From positions 10,416,001 to 10,480,000 of the forward strand of contig OZ260667.1 of NCBI GenBank assembly GCA_965285935.1: 64,000 nt of DNA, in the 5' to 3' direction. Positions 37,143 to 50,175 of the stretch are shown here, piece after piece. A program made the translations under genes and the position numbers. The notes under the pieces are model-generated. The model searched no databases and was not told the origin of the DNA. It saw nothing but the letters and a program-made list of their open reading frames with translations. Source of the stretch: Ophelia neglecta. Taxonomy: Eukaryota. Within the stretch, counting starts at the first letter, position 1, and every line of letters starts with the position of its first letter.

Positions 37143-37360
37143 CTTTTTTTTGCGCAGCGCCCTCTAGTGACCTACCGTTTGTCTTGACCTTGTTTTTTTG
37201 CGCAGCGCCCTCTAGTGGTCTCCTGTTTGTCATGACCTTGTTGTTTTGCGCAGCGCCCTCTAGTGACCTACCGTTTGTCATGACCTTGTTTTTTGCGCAG
37301 CGCCCTCTAGTGGTCTCCCGTTTGTCTTGACCTTGTTTTTTTGCGTAGCGCCCTCTAGAG
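37143..37360 (+). repeat. 48-bp tandem repeat, about 4.5 copies, each carrying a CTCF-consensus-like motif
   Basis: Core gcgcagcgccctctag(tg) recurs at 37152, 37200, 37248, 37295 and (as gcgtagcgccctctag) 37343. Confidence 0.9.
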
Positions 37361-37399
37361 ACAAACCGCGTTATATCTGTATAGCGTACTTTGTACTCG

Positions 37400-37700
37400 A
37401 AGATCAATGGCTTTCGGCCAGGCTCGGTTATCTTCGGTTTGACCGAAACCCCAGACGTAGAATAGGTACTGGTAGCTTCCTTGCCAGGGGCCCGGTATCT
37501 CGGGAGTAGTATCAGGACTGGTCAACCCGGTGTCAGTATAATGTGACTGGTTGGGGTTCCCTGTCTGGTGTGTACGGCAGGTACTCCAGTGAGGCAGCAA
37601 TATAAAGAGGGCATTGGGCCCACTGTCACAAGTAGGCACCGTGGCGATATGACCGATAAGTGTTGAAAGCCACGTAAAAAAAACCCAACAACAACAACAA
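37400..37700 (+). mobile_element. SINE with Meta-type conserved core
   Basis: Core aggactggtc..cccggtgtcagtataatgtgactgg..gggg resembles the MetaSINE domain; ends gttgaaagccacgtaaa followed by an A/CAA tail. Confidence 0.7.
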
Positions 37701-39029
37701 CCGAGCCCTGTTATCTGGTTAATATACACTGTATTGTGTAAGTTTTAAGGTAACGGCTATAAACAACTCCCCCTATAGTCGACTAGTATCCATATAATCC
37801 ATGGCTTAGGGCTTTGCCAGAAATCGTTCCAGGCGTAGGTGGAAGACAAACATTTTAGGTCTGGAGGTGTTTGTCATTTTCTTTATCTGTGATGGGTTTG
37901 GAGGACGATATGCTGGTCCATGCCCGGAGGGACGGGTGTATTTGGTAATAAAATCCCACCCATTCCTAACAGAGGATAGTTTTTGGAAAACTGTCCTTAG
38001 TTAAGAAATATTTCAGCCCTTCTGGAGGTTTCCACATGATTTACGCCTTCTTTGTGCTTTTTTGTGTGCGATCTGGTGACATCAATCACCATAATAACAG
38101 TCTTAATATTTTCTCGGCGCCTTGAGACACTGCGTCTGTTCCGTTTATCGACTTCGATTATCTCTCAAAACGTCTGCTTGATGTCAGAATATTGAAACAA
38201 GACGCCCGGTATATGTCGTTCTTATCACCGATATTCTTTACACTGAACGCTGATTTGTTTCCAGACCCGAAGGAGATATTGGATTATTATGTCCATCGCT
38301 TCCTGCAGTGATTTGGTAGCCATAACCCTCGTCTTCTGGGCTTGATGGCACTTTGTCAGTTTAGTCGCATTGCAAGCCCGTAGCCAACGGGATGGCGGAG
38401 GGCGAAAAATACCTATTGGGCATCCATTTTCGACTCGTTTAGTTTATTCAGTTTTGTTTTATTTCTTCTCCAATTCAGTGCATTGTCTTAAATTGTTCGA
38501 CTTCGCTGGGTTTTTTTTCCTTTCCAGAGCGTATGCCCTGCACCTCCCCTTTATTGGATGCGCACTTTTGCCTAAAAGGCTGAATCTATTTTCTCATATG
38601 CCCTCCCCCTCACCTTGAAGAATTAACAAAGGATATGTATACCCTTACAAAAAGGCTGCAATTCTACGAATGCGTTTGGTAATGCAGGAGAGGCTGTCAC
38701 ACAGAGGGGGCTTGATTTGCTACTAGCAGGAGGGACCTTAATCGTATAATGGAATTCATGCCATCGATAGTTTCCCTTTGAATTCACTCCCAGATTTAAA
38801 GTCTTTAGCTGGAGCACGGTAATCAATATTACGTGTTTGAAAACAAAGTTAGTAAAACCACTAAAGGGTTTTGCTTTACTAATACATTTATACAAGGGTC
38901 ATACTTTTAATAAAAGTATCTAAGAAAAGTAGAAACTGATTGAAATAATGAAAGCTTATTTTGAACACATATACATAAAATATATGCGAAGAGTGGAACA
39001 AGATATTAAACTTGAAAAGCATAAATAAT

Positions 39030-39200
39030 ATGGATCCATCAATTGGTTTGGAAATGGGCCCGGAAGACATAAAGCAGGCGCTGGAATGGGAGTCACCTTC
39101 CGTAATCTGGACAGTATTTACTCGTATGAAATATGAAGGAACAATGATGAAGAATCTTGGATTGAAATTAGTATTAATGCAGAAATCCCTTTTGTAATGC
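39030..39200 (+). mobile_element. Degenerate LINE endonuclease (APE) fragment
   Basis: One frame reads NWFGNGPGRHKAGAGMGVTFRN...*RNNDEESWIEISIN, resembling the W.G..R...GGGVG...E..WI pattern; contains an internal stop. Confidence 0.3.
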
Positions 39201-41490
39201 GACTTGCTCCAAGGTGGCTCCCAACGATGTCGGTTGCTTGTGCCCCCACATAAGGGCCCCCAAGAACCGCCGATATCAATTTGTACAAAGTTCACAGAAA
39301 GAAAAACCACCGAAGTAGCAATCTGTGAAAGTATTAAAAATGTTGGTATGAAAATATCTGTTCTTATTTGCCAGCCAGCAGACAGATCTAAGAGCAGTCA
39401 GCAGCATTATCCGGCTCCCGAGCAGCAAATACAATAGTTTATACAGTGTCATTGGGCCCGTACAAGGGTGTCCCTGACATATAGGTCCAAAGAGTGATCT
39501 CGAGGAAATGATATGATGACAGCAAACCAAAAAGTTAATATGTTTGGCTGTTCTTGTGAGGTTACTTTGCCAGCCAACAAAAAGGGGCATCAGAACATGG
39601 GACATCAGAATAGATCGTTAGGCGTTAGGTACCCTCACAGAAAGGGGGGGGGGGTGTTATTCGCCCCCCCCCACCGCCCCCTAAAGGAGCCACCCCAATG
39701 GTTTGCGGTAATCAATACTGTCCGTTATCGTTATCATGCACAGCCTGAGAGGTTTCACACTGAATTTGTCAAACAGGGCAATAAAAACGACATAACAGAA
39801 TGATTATTCAATCGACTGAGAGGTAGGTCAAAATGAGTTCATTGAGGCAGAAGGGGTTCATGCTTGAGCTGCTCTATTGTCCGCTTCCCATAGCTGACTA
39901 GTGGTCAATCGATGTTCTGGTGTCTCCTGTCTGGCAGCATTTAATAGAGAATTTAGGGTTTTTCTTTAACCAGGATTAAATTTAAGACCAAAATGGCTAT
40001 AAGTCCAAGACCGTATCCAGCTTCCAGTATACCCGCTTAGCAAATTTCGCCCTCGAACCATGGTCCCTAGCCCGCCAGGCAATGAAATCCGTGTACGATG
40101 GGCAAACATTCACCGGTTCGCTTGGCCCCACGGGTAGCAGACGGACATGTCAGATATTTTTAAAACTCTCTAATATTAGGCTAGAAGGTGCGTGCGCAAC
40201 TTATCTCCTTTAGAGTCAATGCATGTGAAAACTACTGAAATAAGATTTCATGTAGTTAAATTTGGGTAATTTCGCGTATCTTTTAATTCCGCGCAGTAAG
40301 TAGTCTTATTCCGCGCATGCTCTGTGATAGAGGCATATTTCCTAAGCAGAATCAGCCGATTTTTAGCGGGAATTCAATCTATGCGCGATATTAGCTTACA
40401 TTAACCTACAACCATCAAGTTGTCTTATTCCAATGGTTTCTGCTGATGTCGTTCGTTGTGAATATTTTCTATGATTCTTTAACCAAGGAGTACCCTGTTA
40501 ACCAATCGATCAGCCCTTTTGTAGACGATCGGAGTAGTATAGTCTACTTCCATAGCCGTGTCTTTGTCAGGCTCTATTGAAAAGTCCGGTTTACGGACGT
40601 GTCCACGCTATAGGCAAGCCGACAGGTTCGGTTATAGTGCGACCTGTCGAAATGCACAATCCTTATTTCTGAGTGACTTCAACATCCAAGACAGAACACG
40701 ATTAAATACGCATAAACTCGAATTTTTACCTAAGTGCGGTGGAGGGAAGGGCAGTTGTTGAAGATTTTGGAAAAATAAAAGTTGGGTTTTCATATTTGGA
40801 GAAAAAAGTTGGCGGTCTCAGGCATCCTCCCTCATTAGCCAAACAGAGCAGCCATAAGGCCGGGCGAGAAAAATAATTGTCAGTAACATTTCTCCCCCCC
40901 CCCCCACCCTTCCGAATGGTGCTCCCCTTGGCCACCCCCTGCCTCGTGGTCAATAAACAGTAAAACATTTCGGCTTACGCGTATATGTTTAACAGTCATT
41001 TTCAGAGCAGGGCATCATTATCCTCGATCCACCGACATCGAGCCCACCCCCCTTCACCCCTGCACCCTTCCCCAACCCGACTCCCGCTTCGACCTGTACA
41101 ACTGTAAGCATTTGCTACCCGGCCACGGCATGGCATGATTAAGTTAAAAAGTGACTGGCCCCTTTCCCCCGGGCGTCTCCCTACAAACACAGCCTGATTC
41201 TCAGCCGGGACGGCTTCGGAGGACGCCCGCGGACATCTGTTAGGGCGGCCTTATCTCGATCTGACAGAGTTCATTGTTATAATGAGATTTCACTTGTCAT
41301 AATCGCATTACTTGGGATTAGCGGAGTGATATTCGACTGGGAACGATTACCGGGTCCTGCTCCGACCAGAGAGTCACAATCAAATTAATCCAATTTAAAG
41401 GCAGACGTATGGAATTACCGCTCACTTCTGACCTTAACTCAAATGGGGTTCTTTAGATGAACAAAAACAACAGTGTATGAGAGACCATTA

Positions 41491-41663
41491 GGGTAAAGTC
41501 GGGTTAATTTCATGCATCGACTAATTCCGCACTGTAAGGAACCTTAATACGCGCACAACCTGTGCAGAATAACGCTACTCACTGCGCGGAGTTAAACGGT
41601 GTGATTGCCTTCACACTGTGCGCAGAATAAGTCTACTTCATGCGCGATATTAGCCGAATTACC
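41491..41663. mobile_element. Palindromic MITE family B, full length
   Basis: TA-gggtaaagtcggg ... agccgaattacc-TA; internal ttccgc/gcggaa repeats. Confidence 0.8.
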
Positions 41664-41676
41664 TATGGAATAACAC

Positions 41677-41856
41677 CAGGGGCGGATTCAGGAATTTCCA
41701 GGGAGGGGGGCCCAATCCAGGTGGAGGCATTGAAAAGCGGGGGGGGGGGGGGGCACAAAGCTGGGGTGGGTACATACATGCATCTAGTTGCCTATGTTTT
41801 GGGCTCGTTTGGAGTAAATTGGTGGGTGTGGCCCCCCCCCCCTGGATCCGCCCCTG
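41677..41856 (+). mobile_element. MITE family C, full length
   Basis: TIRs caggggcggattcagg / cctggatccgcccctg. Confidence 0.85.
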
Positions 41857-43229
41857 TACACCTCAATTCTGATTTTAACTCAAATGAAGTTCTTTAGATG
41901 AACGAAAAGCTGAATAAACGAGAGACCATTATACATTACAAAATGATTTCTTTGTTAATAACATGTATATATTTACATTATGGTAGGCCTTATTCCGCGC
42001 AATTAATTTTGAACAGAGATAAATTTTATTCCGCCCAGGGAGTTATTCAGTTACTGGGCGGAATTAAACCATGGTCGAAAATACCAGATATCACCCTCGA
42101 ACTTATGATGGAAAAGGGCGGCTAGATTCTTGTGTCCGCTGTCATGGGTGAGTAGTTGGTGGGTGTGTGGGGATCACACCCCGGACATCTTTCTGTATGG
42201 GAACACTCATTCCCACCGGTGATGCAGTGCGCAGCACCTATTTTTGTCACGTTTTAAATAATGCTTTATTTTGATTGTTTAGGAGATTGTTGTCGACTTA
42301 TAGCAGAACCCCAGTATCCAGTGTCGGCCCTGTTATCCTTCTTCTAATCTCAGCTCTGCTCTTTTAACAGTAGTACGGTCTGTTCCTAGGTTTCAGCATA
42401 TGTGCTTTTATCACAGAGTCAGACATAAAGCACTCTACCCACAGTAGTAGTGAGCCGATATCTGAATACAGTGATCATTATAAACGGGTTGTCGCCAGAC
42501 CTGTCCAGTCGACACTGCTTTATATATTACGGAATGTCTTTACTATGAGTTGAAAAACAAAAATCTTTATTAAATTAAGTTGCCATTAACACTGTTGCAT
42601 TGTATTGTAGCCAACTAATATTTGGCGAAGGTAAAGTAAGGCGAAATGTCATTTCGAAAATATACGGCTTTGATTTGGTAAACGTTTCGCCTTGCCAAAA
42701 CTTCCTGATTTGCAGCGAAGGGCCATATCATTGTTGTCTGTTGGAGTTTGTAATCTCGTTCTCGGGATCTCTCTCGGTATTTCCTGCGAGAGCCAGGAAA
42801 CTCGTCGACAGATGTTGTCCATCTACCGGCCGCCACGGCGAACAAACACAATTTACATTTTAATGAGATTTGCGCCTCTAGAATTGCCTGTCTCGGAATG
42901 TGTCCTTACAGGCGACTGAGCTGAAGCAGATCAATGTCCCTTCAAGTGCCCTTCTCGGTGAAATCAAGATGATTTTATAGGAGAGAGTGTGGACTTAACT
43001 TGAGCAGACAAGATTACATTGATACAATAAGTGTGGGTTGCCGAAGCACTGACAAACAGGACAAGTGCCTCTTTATACGTCCAGTGTCATTAAATAATCA
43101 TAAACACAGATATTTAAATGCATGTTTGTACTTAAAAGTGTCGCTTCAGAATAAAAACTAAGGGTCTATTAGAATACTTATAAGGCGAGTCGGTAACATG
43201 ATGTCATACTGTGCGTTTACATGGTTACC

Positions 43230-43680
43230 AAATTTCTATTCTTGTGACGTTTATCAAGAGGAAAAATAAAACATACTTTGTATATAAACTAAACCATGTG
43301 ACTAAAGTACAATGCTTAGTAGTAGTTGTCCTTCTCATGCTGATTATCTGTCTACTTCCGGAATCTTAATTCCAAATCTTGCATTATGTTTTGGTAACAA
43401 AATAAGATGTTTCTTTAGACCATTTGGTTGAAACAATGACCTACTTTCCTGATAATTTCAATCTTTGTAACTTTTATCGTGACGAAACATTAAACATATA
43501 CATTGTCCCTAGAAAATGCCCTGTGAGAAAAAGAACAGTAGCTTAGTAACAGTTGTCTTTCTTATGCTAATTGCGAGGTTATTTCCTAATTGTGGAGAAA
43601 TTTTAATACCAAATCTGACAATATGCTTCGGAATCCGCTAATTAAAATTCTTCAGATCAGCGCCCGGCAGACAAAGGGCA
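43230..43680 (+). repeat. Old tandem duplication, about 225-bp unit x2
   Basis: gcttagtagtagttgtccttctcatgctga...ttaattccaaatct (about 43315) matches gcttagtaacagttgtctttcttatgctaa...ttaataccaaatct (43541); similarity continues upstream. Confidence 0.7.
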
Positions 43681-45281
43681 TTGTTTAGCTGAATCGTGAA
43701 AGACGCTGTTTTGACTTTCAAATTACTCGACATTGAAATATGGACGCGGTGAGCGATAAATCAGTACTCCCAGGCGGGTGACATGGAAATGAAGGAATCA
43801 GGTGGCCGCAGACGGAAAGCGCAGTCCGGGAAACGCGTCTTCCTGCAAGGTCACCTTCCTATTGTCCTCTCTAATGACTCACACATTTCCCTAATATCAC
43901 CCACTCTAATTTGTATAAAGCGGGCAAATTCGGGCGGCAATTATAGATGGTCAAATCTGTTTTGATTAAATCGTGCCCAAAGGCACATTCCACAACAAGG
44001 GCCAGTTAGCAGAGGTCCCAACATTGTCTTAATGAAAAACCATTGATGAATTGAAACAAAATTTATTCCAGTTTATGTCAATCACGCTTTTGAAATATTC
44101 TTCCGTATCTAATATGGATTCAGAGAAGGCAGCGCGTTGAACTAAGTGAGAGATAAAAGGAGAATGATTTCCTCTGCAGCTCTGTCAGACAATGTCGAGA
44201 TTACCAAAAGCATTGGGTGGGGATCTGGATAATTAAAACTGATTGACATGTCGGTAATTGTGGCGAAGTCCAACATTGGCTAATTATTTTTTATTAGGCC
44301 ATTTTCTTGGGCGATAAAATGGCACAAATTATGAAAAACGCAGACTCCGCTGCCCTAGAACACAGCAGAGGCGGTTCAGGGAATAGGCCAACTTTTTGTC
44401 AGATAGCCGATATCCTCTTAAGACAGCAGGTTTTTTTTGTTAACAAACATAATGTGAATTACCTTTTGGCTAATAGAAAAGCTGGGTTTTCATGACATTC
44501 ACAACTTAGTCAATTTGGTAATACTTTTATTAGATACATATTTGTTCATATTTAGGTCAACACTCGATGGTTATTTCGTCGCCTTATGGTGATATATATT
44601 TCGATGATCTTCATCAATAAGCAGACGATAGGATCTTCATTGAAGCAGTCATCTGTTAGCTCGTCAAATTGGACGAGCTAAGTGACATTGCTTTGTGAAA
44701 ACAGTAAATAAATCAGAGTTTCATAAAAACACGGAAGAGCAGAAATTAGTTCAGTATGAAAGTCCGCTTTGCCTGCTTCTAATATGCTGGGTAGACTCTC
44801 GTGCTTATAAGTGTGGTCCCGTTTTAATGTTTTCTTTCGGCATATGTAACGAGGAGAGGTTCCCTCGGGGTTGGGAAAACCACACCAACGATAGACACTT
44901 TGAATCAACTGCTGGGTGTGTCTGGTCCCCGCCCCTTATATCAAAATTATAAGATTTAGTCATCGAACAAGCCGAATACTGTGGCTGAAGCGAAGATGGA
45001 GTCGTTTTCATAATTTAATCTGTCTAAGCTTTTGGGCCTTGCAGCTCGGGACGCTGACTGAAGTCTTTGACCCGCTTTTTGTCCCAATTTCAGTGACACG
45101 CATACTTGAAGCCCGGGATAAACATCTCTGGTAATATGCTCGTCCTAATGTCGGCGAGTGTATCCTGTAACCAATCACGTGATCAGAAGGAAAATTTATT
45201 ACACCCTCCATATGAAATAACCTTTTTTTTACTTTTTAATAGGGTCTTTGCCATCAACTGGCTATATCAAAATCAAAAAAT

Positions 45282-45842
45282 CTAATCAAAAAACAGTCCA
45301 AACACTGTGACCGCGGCGAAGAGACTGTTGTTTTCATATTTGTAGGTGGCGTAGTTGTCGACCCCTTCGAACATGATCGAGCGAGACGCCGATTGGAGTC
45401 CCTGACCGCTCCTCTCACCTATTACCACGTGACATACGTATTTGTAACGTTCAAAGTCGAGCGCTACCACTTGGTCTTTGATAATATTTGACAGACGACA
45501 AGCGAGGATCGGTGTCAACTTCGCGTCATACGCGACCTCGTCAAGATGAAGAGACAATGCGGTTTTTATGACTTTCTCTACCTTACAGACATTGAACTTC
45601 CGGTCCTGCATTGGTTCGGTTCGATATGTTGGCTCGTAGTATAACTCTTTATGCTCTCTAGACTCTTTTTTGGTCAATTCCGTTTGAATCCCGGGGATTG
45701 ACATCTTGGACTTATTTGCATGTGCTGGGTCGCGGAGTGATATGCGGCGCTTTCCGCTTGGTACTCCGTCCGGTGCCGGGGACAATCCGTAGACCGAAGA
45801 AACTTCTGACCTCGGCCCCCCTGGCTTCAGCTTGGTTGCCAT
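45282..45842 (-). CDS. Tctex1-domain dynein light chain (TCTEX1D/DYNLT-like), single coding exon, 186 aa
   Basis: YEPTYRTEP, YD...LS..IK..V, FERYKYVCHVVIGE..GQG...ASR and DNYATY.YENNSLFAAVTVFGLFFD C-terminus. Confidence 0.93.
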   Translation of the reverse strand: MATKLKPGGPRSEVSSVYGLSPAPDGVPSGKRRISLRDPAHANKSKMSIPGIQTELTKKESREHKELYYEPTYRTEPMQDRKFNVCKVEKVIKTALSLHLDEVAYDAKLTPILACRLSNIIKDQVVALDFERYKYVCHVVIGERSGQGLQSASRSIMFEGVDNYATYKYENNSLFAAVTVFGLFFD

Positions 45843-47332
45843 AGTGAAATATTGTTATCCGATAATAACCAAGGAGATGGATGCAGAAATCTGAAATGGA
45901 GGACTTTTCATTATATTCAATTCTTGTAAGTGAAAGACTAAGAATTGGAATAAGCCTCTGTTTTACCCACGACCTGATTAATTTAATTCGGTTATTTGAT
46001 AGAGGTAAAGCAGAGTCAAAATGTTGCCAAATTGCGCTGTATTCTCCTCTATCGGAACAACAACTTATCTGGGATCGACATATGAAGGCCTATTCATTGA
46101 TAGATACATAGATAGATAGATATTAGATAGTTTATTCACAAAGACCTGGTACCCCTCTGAGTCATGCCCGAACAACTCGTTGCAACTCACTTCATACAAT
46201 AATAATAGCCTTTTCTCATGCATTTATCAAAACTGTATAGCGATAGTCTAGGTATATTGTTGGAATAGAGCAAGCGGTTGATTCAAGTTAGGCCCATAAA
46301 CAAAATGAAGTGTAGAAGTATATTCGTGAACAAATGCCTTGGTAAAACAATAAAAGCGTAAGCAGATGATATTCCAGTAAGAGTAAAGTCCGGTAATTCC
46401 ACGCAGTATGTAGCTTCATCCAGCGCACAATTAACGTGCTCGGAAAATGGGTACTTAGGGAAAGGCGGGGCAAAACGCACCTGCTAAGGAAGAAGCGATA
46501 TTGTCCCTAATGACTAGATACTGGGAGGTGTTTCAAATGATCAAGGCCGTAGTCGGTACTCTATATTACAATAATCTTGACACTATAAGGTGTTTATGAC
46601 AAACATAATATACTTATTTGCATTCTTATTTTTTGGAGGTAAGTGCGTTTTTGTCCTGTGTATGGGGCAAAACGCCCACAGGGCGGGGCAAAGAGCGCAC
46701 CCATGTGCCTTTTGCCCCTCTAACAGTTTTGGCAGAAGGGCATCATGCAAAAAAAGAGTAATTATAAGATAGAATGTTGTTGGATACCCCATGCCACTGC
46801 CCTAAACACAGATATCACACGTTATATATCACGACTGCGCGGAATTAAACAAGACAAGAAATCTCCCGACTTTGCTGAACCGGGTAATTGTCCACATACA
46901 CTGGCATGTTTGATTAATAACACATTACGCTTCATACTTACTGCCAAGGGTTAACCGTTATTTACACATACTTTGCAAAATGAATAGTCTCTTCCTACAG
47001 GGTTGATCAGTTAGTTCCTTGATTACTATTGGTAGCTAATTATAAGTAATAGACACTGATATATCTCAGTATTAAAGAGTTGGTGTATTCCTGTTGAAGG
47101 CAGTTCTGGTATCTAAGGCCGGACTGCCCAAACACTCCTCTGGCAGCGGTGCTGTATGAATATATAATTATAAACAGGAATAAATATTAATATCATCGTT
47201 TGTGTGTGACAATCCTTTAAGACTTTTAAGAAAGTCCTTTGACTCGTTTAAATCACTGAGATCTAATCGAGTTCTAACGTCTTTGAGGTATTAATTATAC
47301 AAGAAAGGCTTTGAGGAGTTCATGGTCGATAA

Positions 47333-47694
47333 GGCCACATAAAATAAACATGATTCTTAGGCTTTCATTTTGAATTTGAAAAGGTTTTTTTCGCTAAAAG
47401 GGGGTGCGGCAGGTTTTTTTTTCAATTTGCTGAGAGGGGGGGGGGGGGAAGGTATTTAAATTCATTACAATAGGTTGGGAAAGGTTTTTCTGACTACTTT
47501 TTACAGTTTTCTGGGAATATTCGGTGACTTAAAAGGGGAGCGGCGTTTCATTTATTTATTTGTTGGGCGAAAATACAGTTCGGTGATTTTGATTTTTTGC
47601 ATTTTATTCTCAGAACGCAAATAAAAATGGGTGGGAGGCACCACAGGAGGGTGTGGGAGGTACCCGGGAATCATTTTATAACTATTATGTGGCC
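47333..47694. mobile_element. PIF/Harbinger-type MITE
   Basis: TIRs ggccacataa / ttatgtggcc, with TSD TAA on both sides. Confidence 0.8.
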
Positions 47695-49520
47695 TAAGCT
47701 GATACAGTCAGAAATAAGAGTTTTCAGCTAATCTTCTGCAGAGGATCTAATAAAATAAGCCTGTAAACTTATTACAAATCAGTTTAAGTTGTGTTGGCGG
47801 ATATGTATTAACTTATTGTACAATCATAGTTAGACCTTTATTACTTAACCACACATTGTGTCATATAATTAAAAATACATTTATCATTTGAGCCCTCTAA
47901 TACCAAGGATAATAAACGCTATACTTATATATAAAGTAATTAATAGTGATCACATATTGAGTAAGTTTTCAATCAATCCGCTTACTGGAATGCACAATAC
48001 GAATTCGACCATTGGTCGACGGTATGGACAATAACAGTGTTATATGCGGAGTGAGAGTAGTGTTGATTAAAGAGATCTGCACAGTGGATGTACTACTGTA
48101 CAAACCTCGTATTAGTAAGTAAGCTGACTATTGATAAACATCTGGGGGTTGGGTGGGGTGGGGAGGGGGGTGGGTGTCCGGATGTGAAGGGGTCCGGGCG
48201 CGTGAACCTCCAGTGTCGTGCAGAGAGGATACAAAGGGCGTGAGCTGTGTCTTTCCCTATAGAGGCGGATTTCCGTACCTTAATTGTAGGCTAAATCAGC
48301 ATATCTCGGACACCTGATAAATGCGTAAATATTTACAGTGATTTGTATTCATACCAGTAGTCTCAACAGAAAGGTGGTCTGATTGTAGGGTTGGGCTTTA
48401 AGGCAAGTTTCACTGCATATGCAAACGCACTTATGAGTGACCGAGTAAAAGGTTTCAGAGAGAGACGCCCTTCCTCCATCTTCGCAAGGAATTCTGGTAT
48501 AATTTAACATCCGCCCCTGCAGACATCGGTCAATGAGGAAAGCAGAGGAAGCAGAAAAGTTTTGACAACCATCTATATATAGTATCAGCCTGAGGTTTTG
48601 TCGCTGAGTGTATGTACGTAAAGCTAGAGTGATTTTCTCTGGTATAGGAGGAATACATGGGGAAATCGCCTCCTGTCAAATTCTCCCGACCTGGGAAATA
48701 CCGCGAGATTCCGACGAATTCCAGCTCGCGAAAATGACCTGGCCTTCATTTTTTTGTGGGACGGTCCTCTGACGCATCAGATGCATATCTCTTAATTACC
48801 ACACAATACCTTTTCCATTTCCGACTCTCCCCTCCCTCAGGGCCCTTTATGGTGATGATAACTTGGGAATCGATTACTCGGTACATCTTCTCAATTATCA
48901 ACCCCCCCCCTCCTCGCAGCCCCACAATGACATGATAACTTTGTAATCGAATGCTTCGTTTCCTGGAGGGAGGGGAGACTCCATTCTTCTTTGTCTAAAA
49001 GGAATTAAAAACATAACCGTTCATGGGGGGGGGGGGGGTTAACTCCCACCCTCAAATCCTGCCCGTGGTAAATGATCCCCTAGTCCACGAGAGGGGGGTG
49101 GTGGATGCGTGGGTGGGAATGAAATGTGCTAATGGTGATCGGGGGATTGAGGGTGGGAGTGGTGGTTGGAATAGACAGACCCCACCCTCAAACCCCGTCC
49201 GGTAATAGCTGATCGATGTAGTAGACTCCTCTTCCCTGACGTGACTGAGGTCTGCCTATCAGTGTACCTGTATGTGTTACCAAATAGATCACAGGGTTAT
49301 GGGCAAAGGCCTATATGTGTCATTGGCATAGTTAAACTTGCAGATTGTAGAACTCAGCGGTTTTTGTTTGAGCACATCTGACAGTGCTTTAAATATTATA
49401 TGCTCCTTCGTAATTTGTTTTCACCTTCCCTCATTTTAACTATAACTAGAAGTTTAGAATGCTTATGTATGGGATATGACTACTCGTGCAGGTGGTTATA
49501 AAACGAACTGTTGGTGATAG

Positions 49521-49810
49521 ATTTTAGACCGATGGGTAAGTTCAAACAAATAAATTACTCTTAATTAGTCCACCCAGTCAACTGAAGTGAGTGACAAAAA
49601 ACTTGGACTAAACTTAAATAGAATAGACCTGTCTAATGGTATTTTATTATGATAATACTTCATGTATTTGGACTACCAACAAGTTTACAATAAACAAGCA
49701 AAGAAATACATTCTTTTTAGGTTTAGTTCAAGTTTTTATTTCAGGCTGCGTATGACAGAGTGGATATATGAAGAGTAATTTATTAAAGGTATCTCCCATG
49801 GGTCTAAAAT
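49521..49810. mobile_element. Degenerate foldback/palindromic element
   Basis: Nested inverted pairs: attttagaccgatggg / cccatgggtctaaaat, aataaattactctt / aagagtaatttatt, aaaaacttggactaaac / gtttagttcaagttttt. Confidence 0.7.
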
Positions 49811-49935
49811 AACTCGCGTGGGTGTCGTTCGTCATTGGTGCCCTGTGAGACAGTCACTTGGTTCTATCGATTGCTACACCGAAAGCTTTGTCAGATATAT
49901 TTGTGTTACACATTAAACTTTGTCTGAAACACGTT

Positions 49936-50175
49936 GGGCCGGGTTTCTGGCAGCGGTCTTAAGTTAAGGGATTAGATTAGCCTATTACCGATTAGCTAAG
50001 ACCGCGTTAATCGGTGTTACCATTGATCAGGGTGGAGTTTAAGACTCAAATAGCCAGGTTTAAGACCAAATCCAACTTCCACAAACCACGATAAGCAAGT
50101 TGAGACCGATTAAGCTCTAAAACTCCTGATTTTAATCCAAGTTATGAGTTAACCCTACATCCAGGAAACGGGTTC
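49936..50175 (+). mobile_element. MITE family D (GGGCCCGGTTTCT TIR), copy 1
   Basis: Colinear with 51689-51932 along its whole length. Confidence 0.85.
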
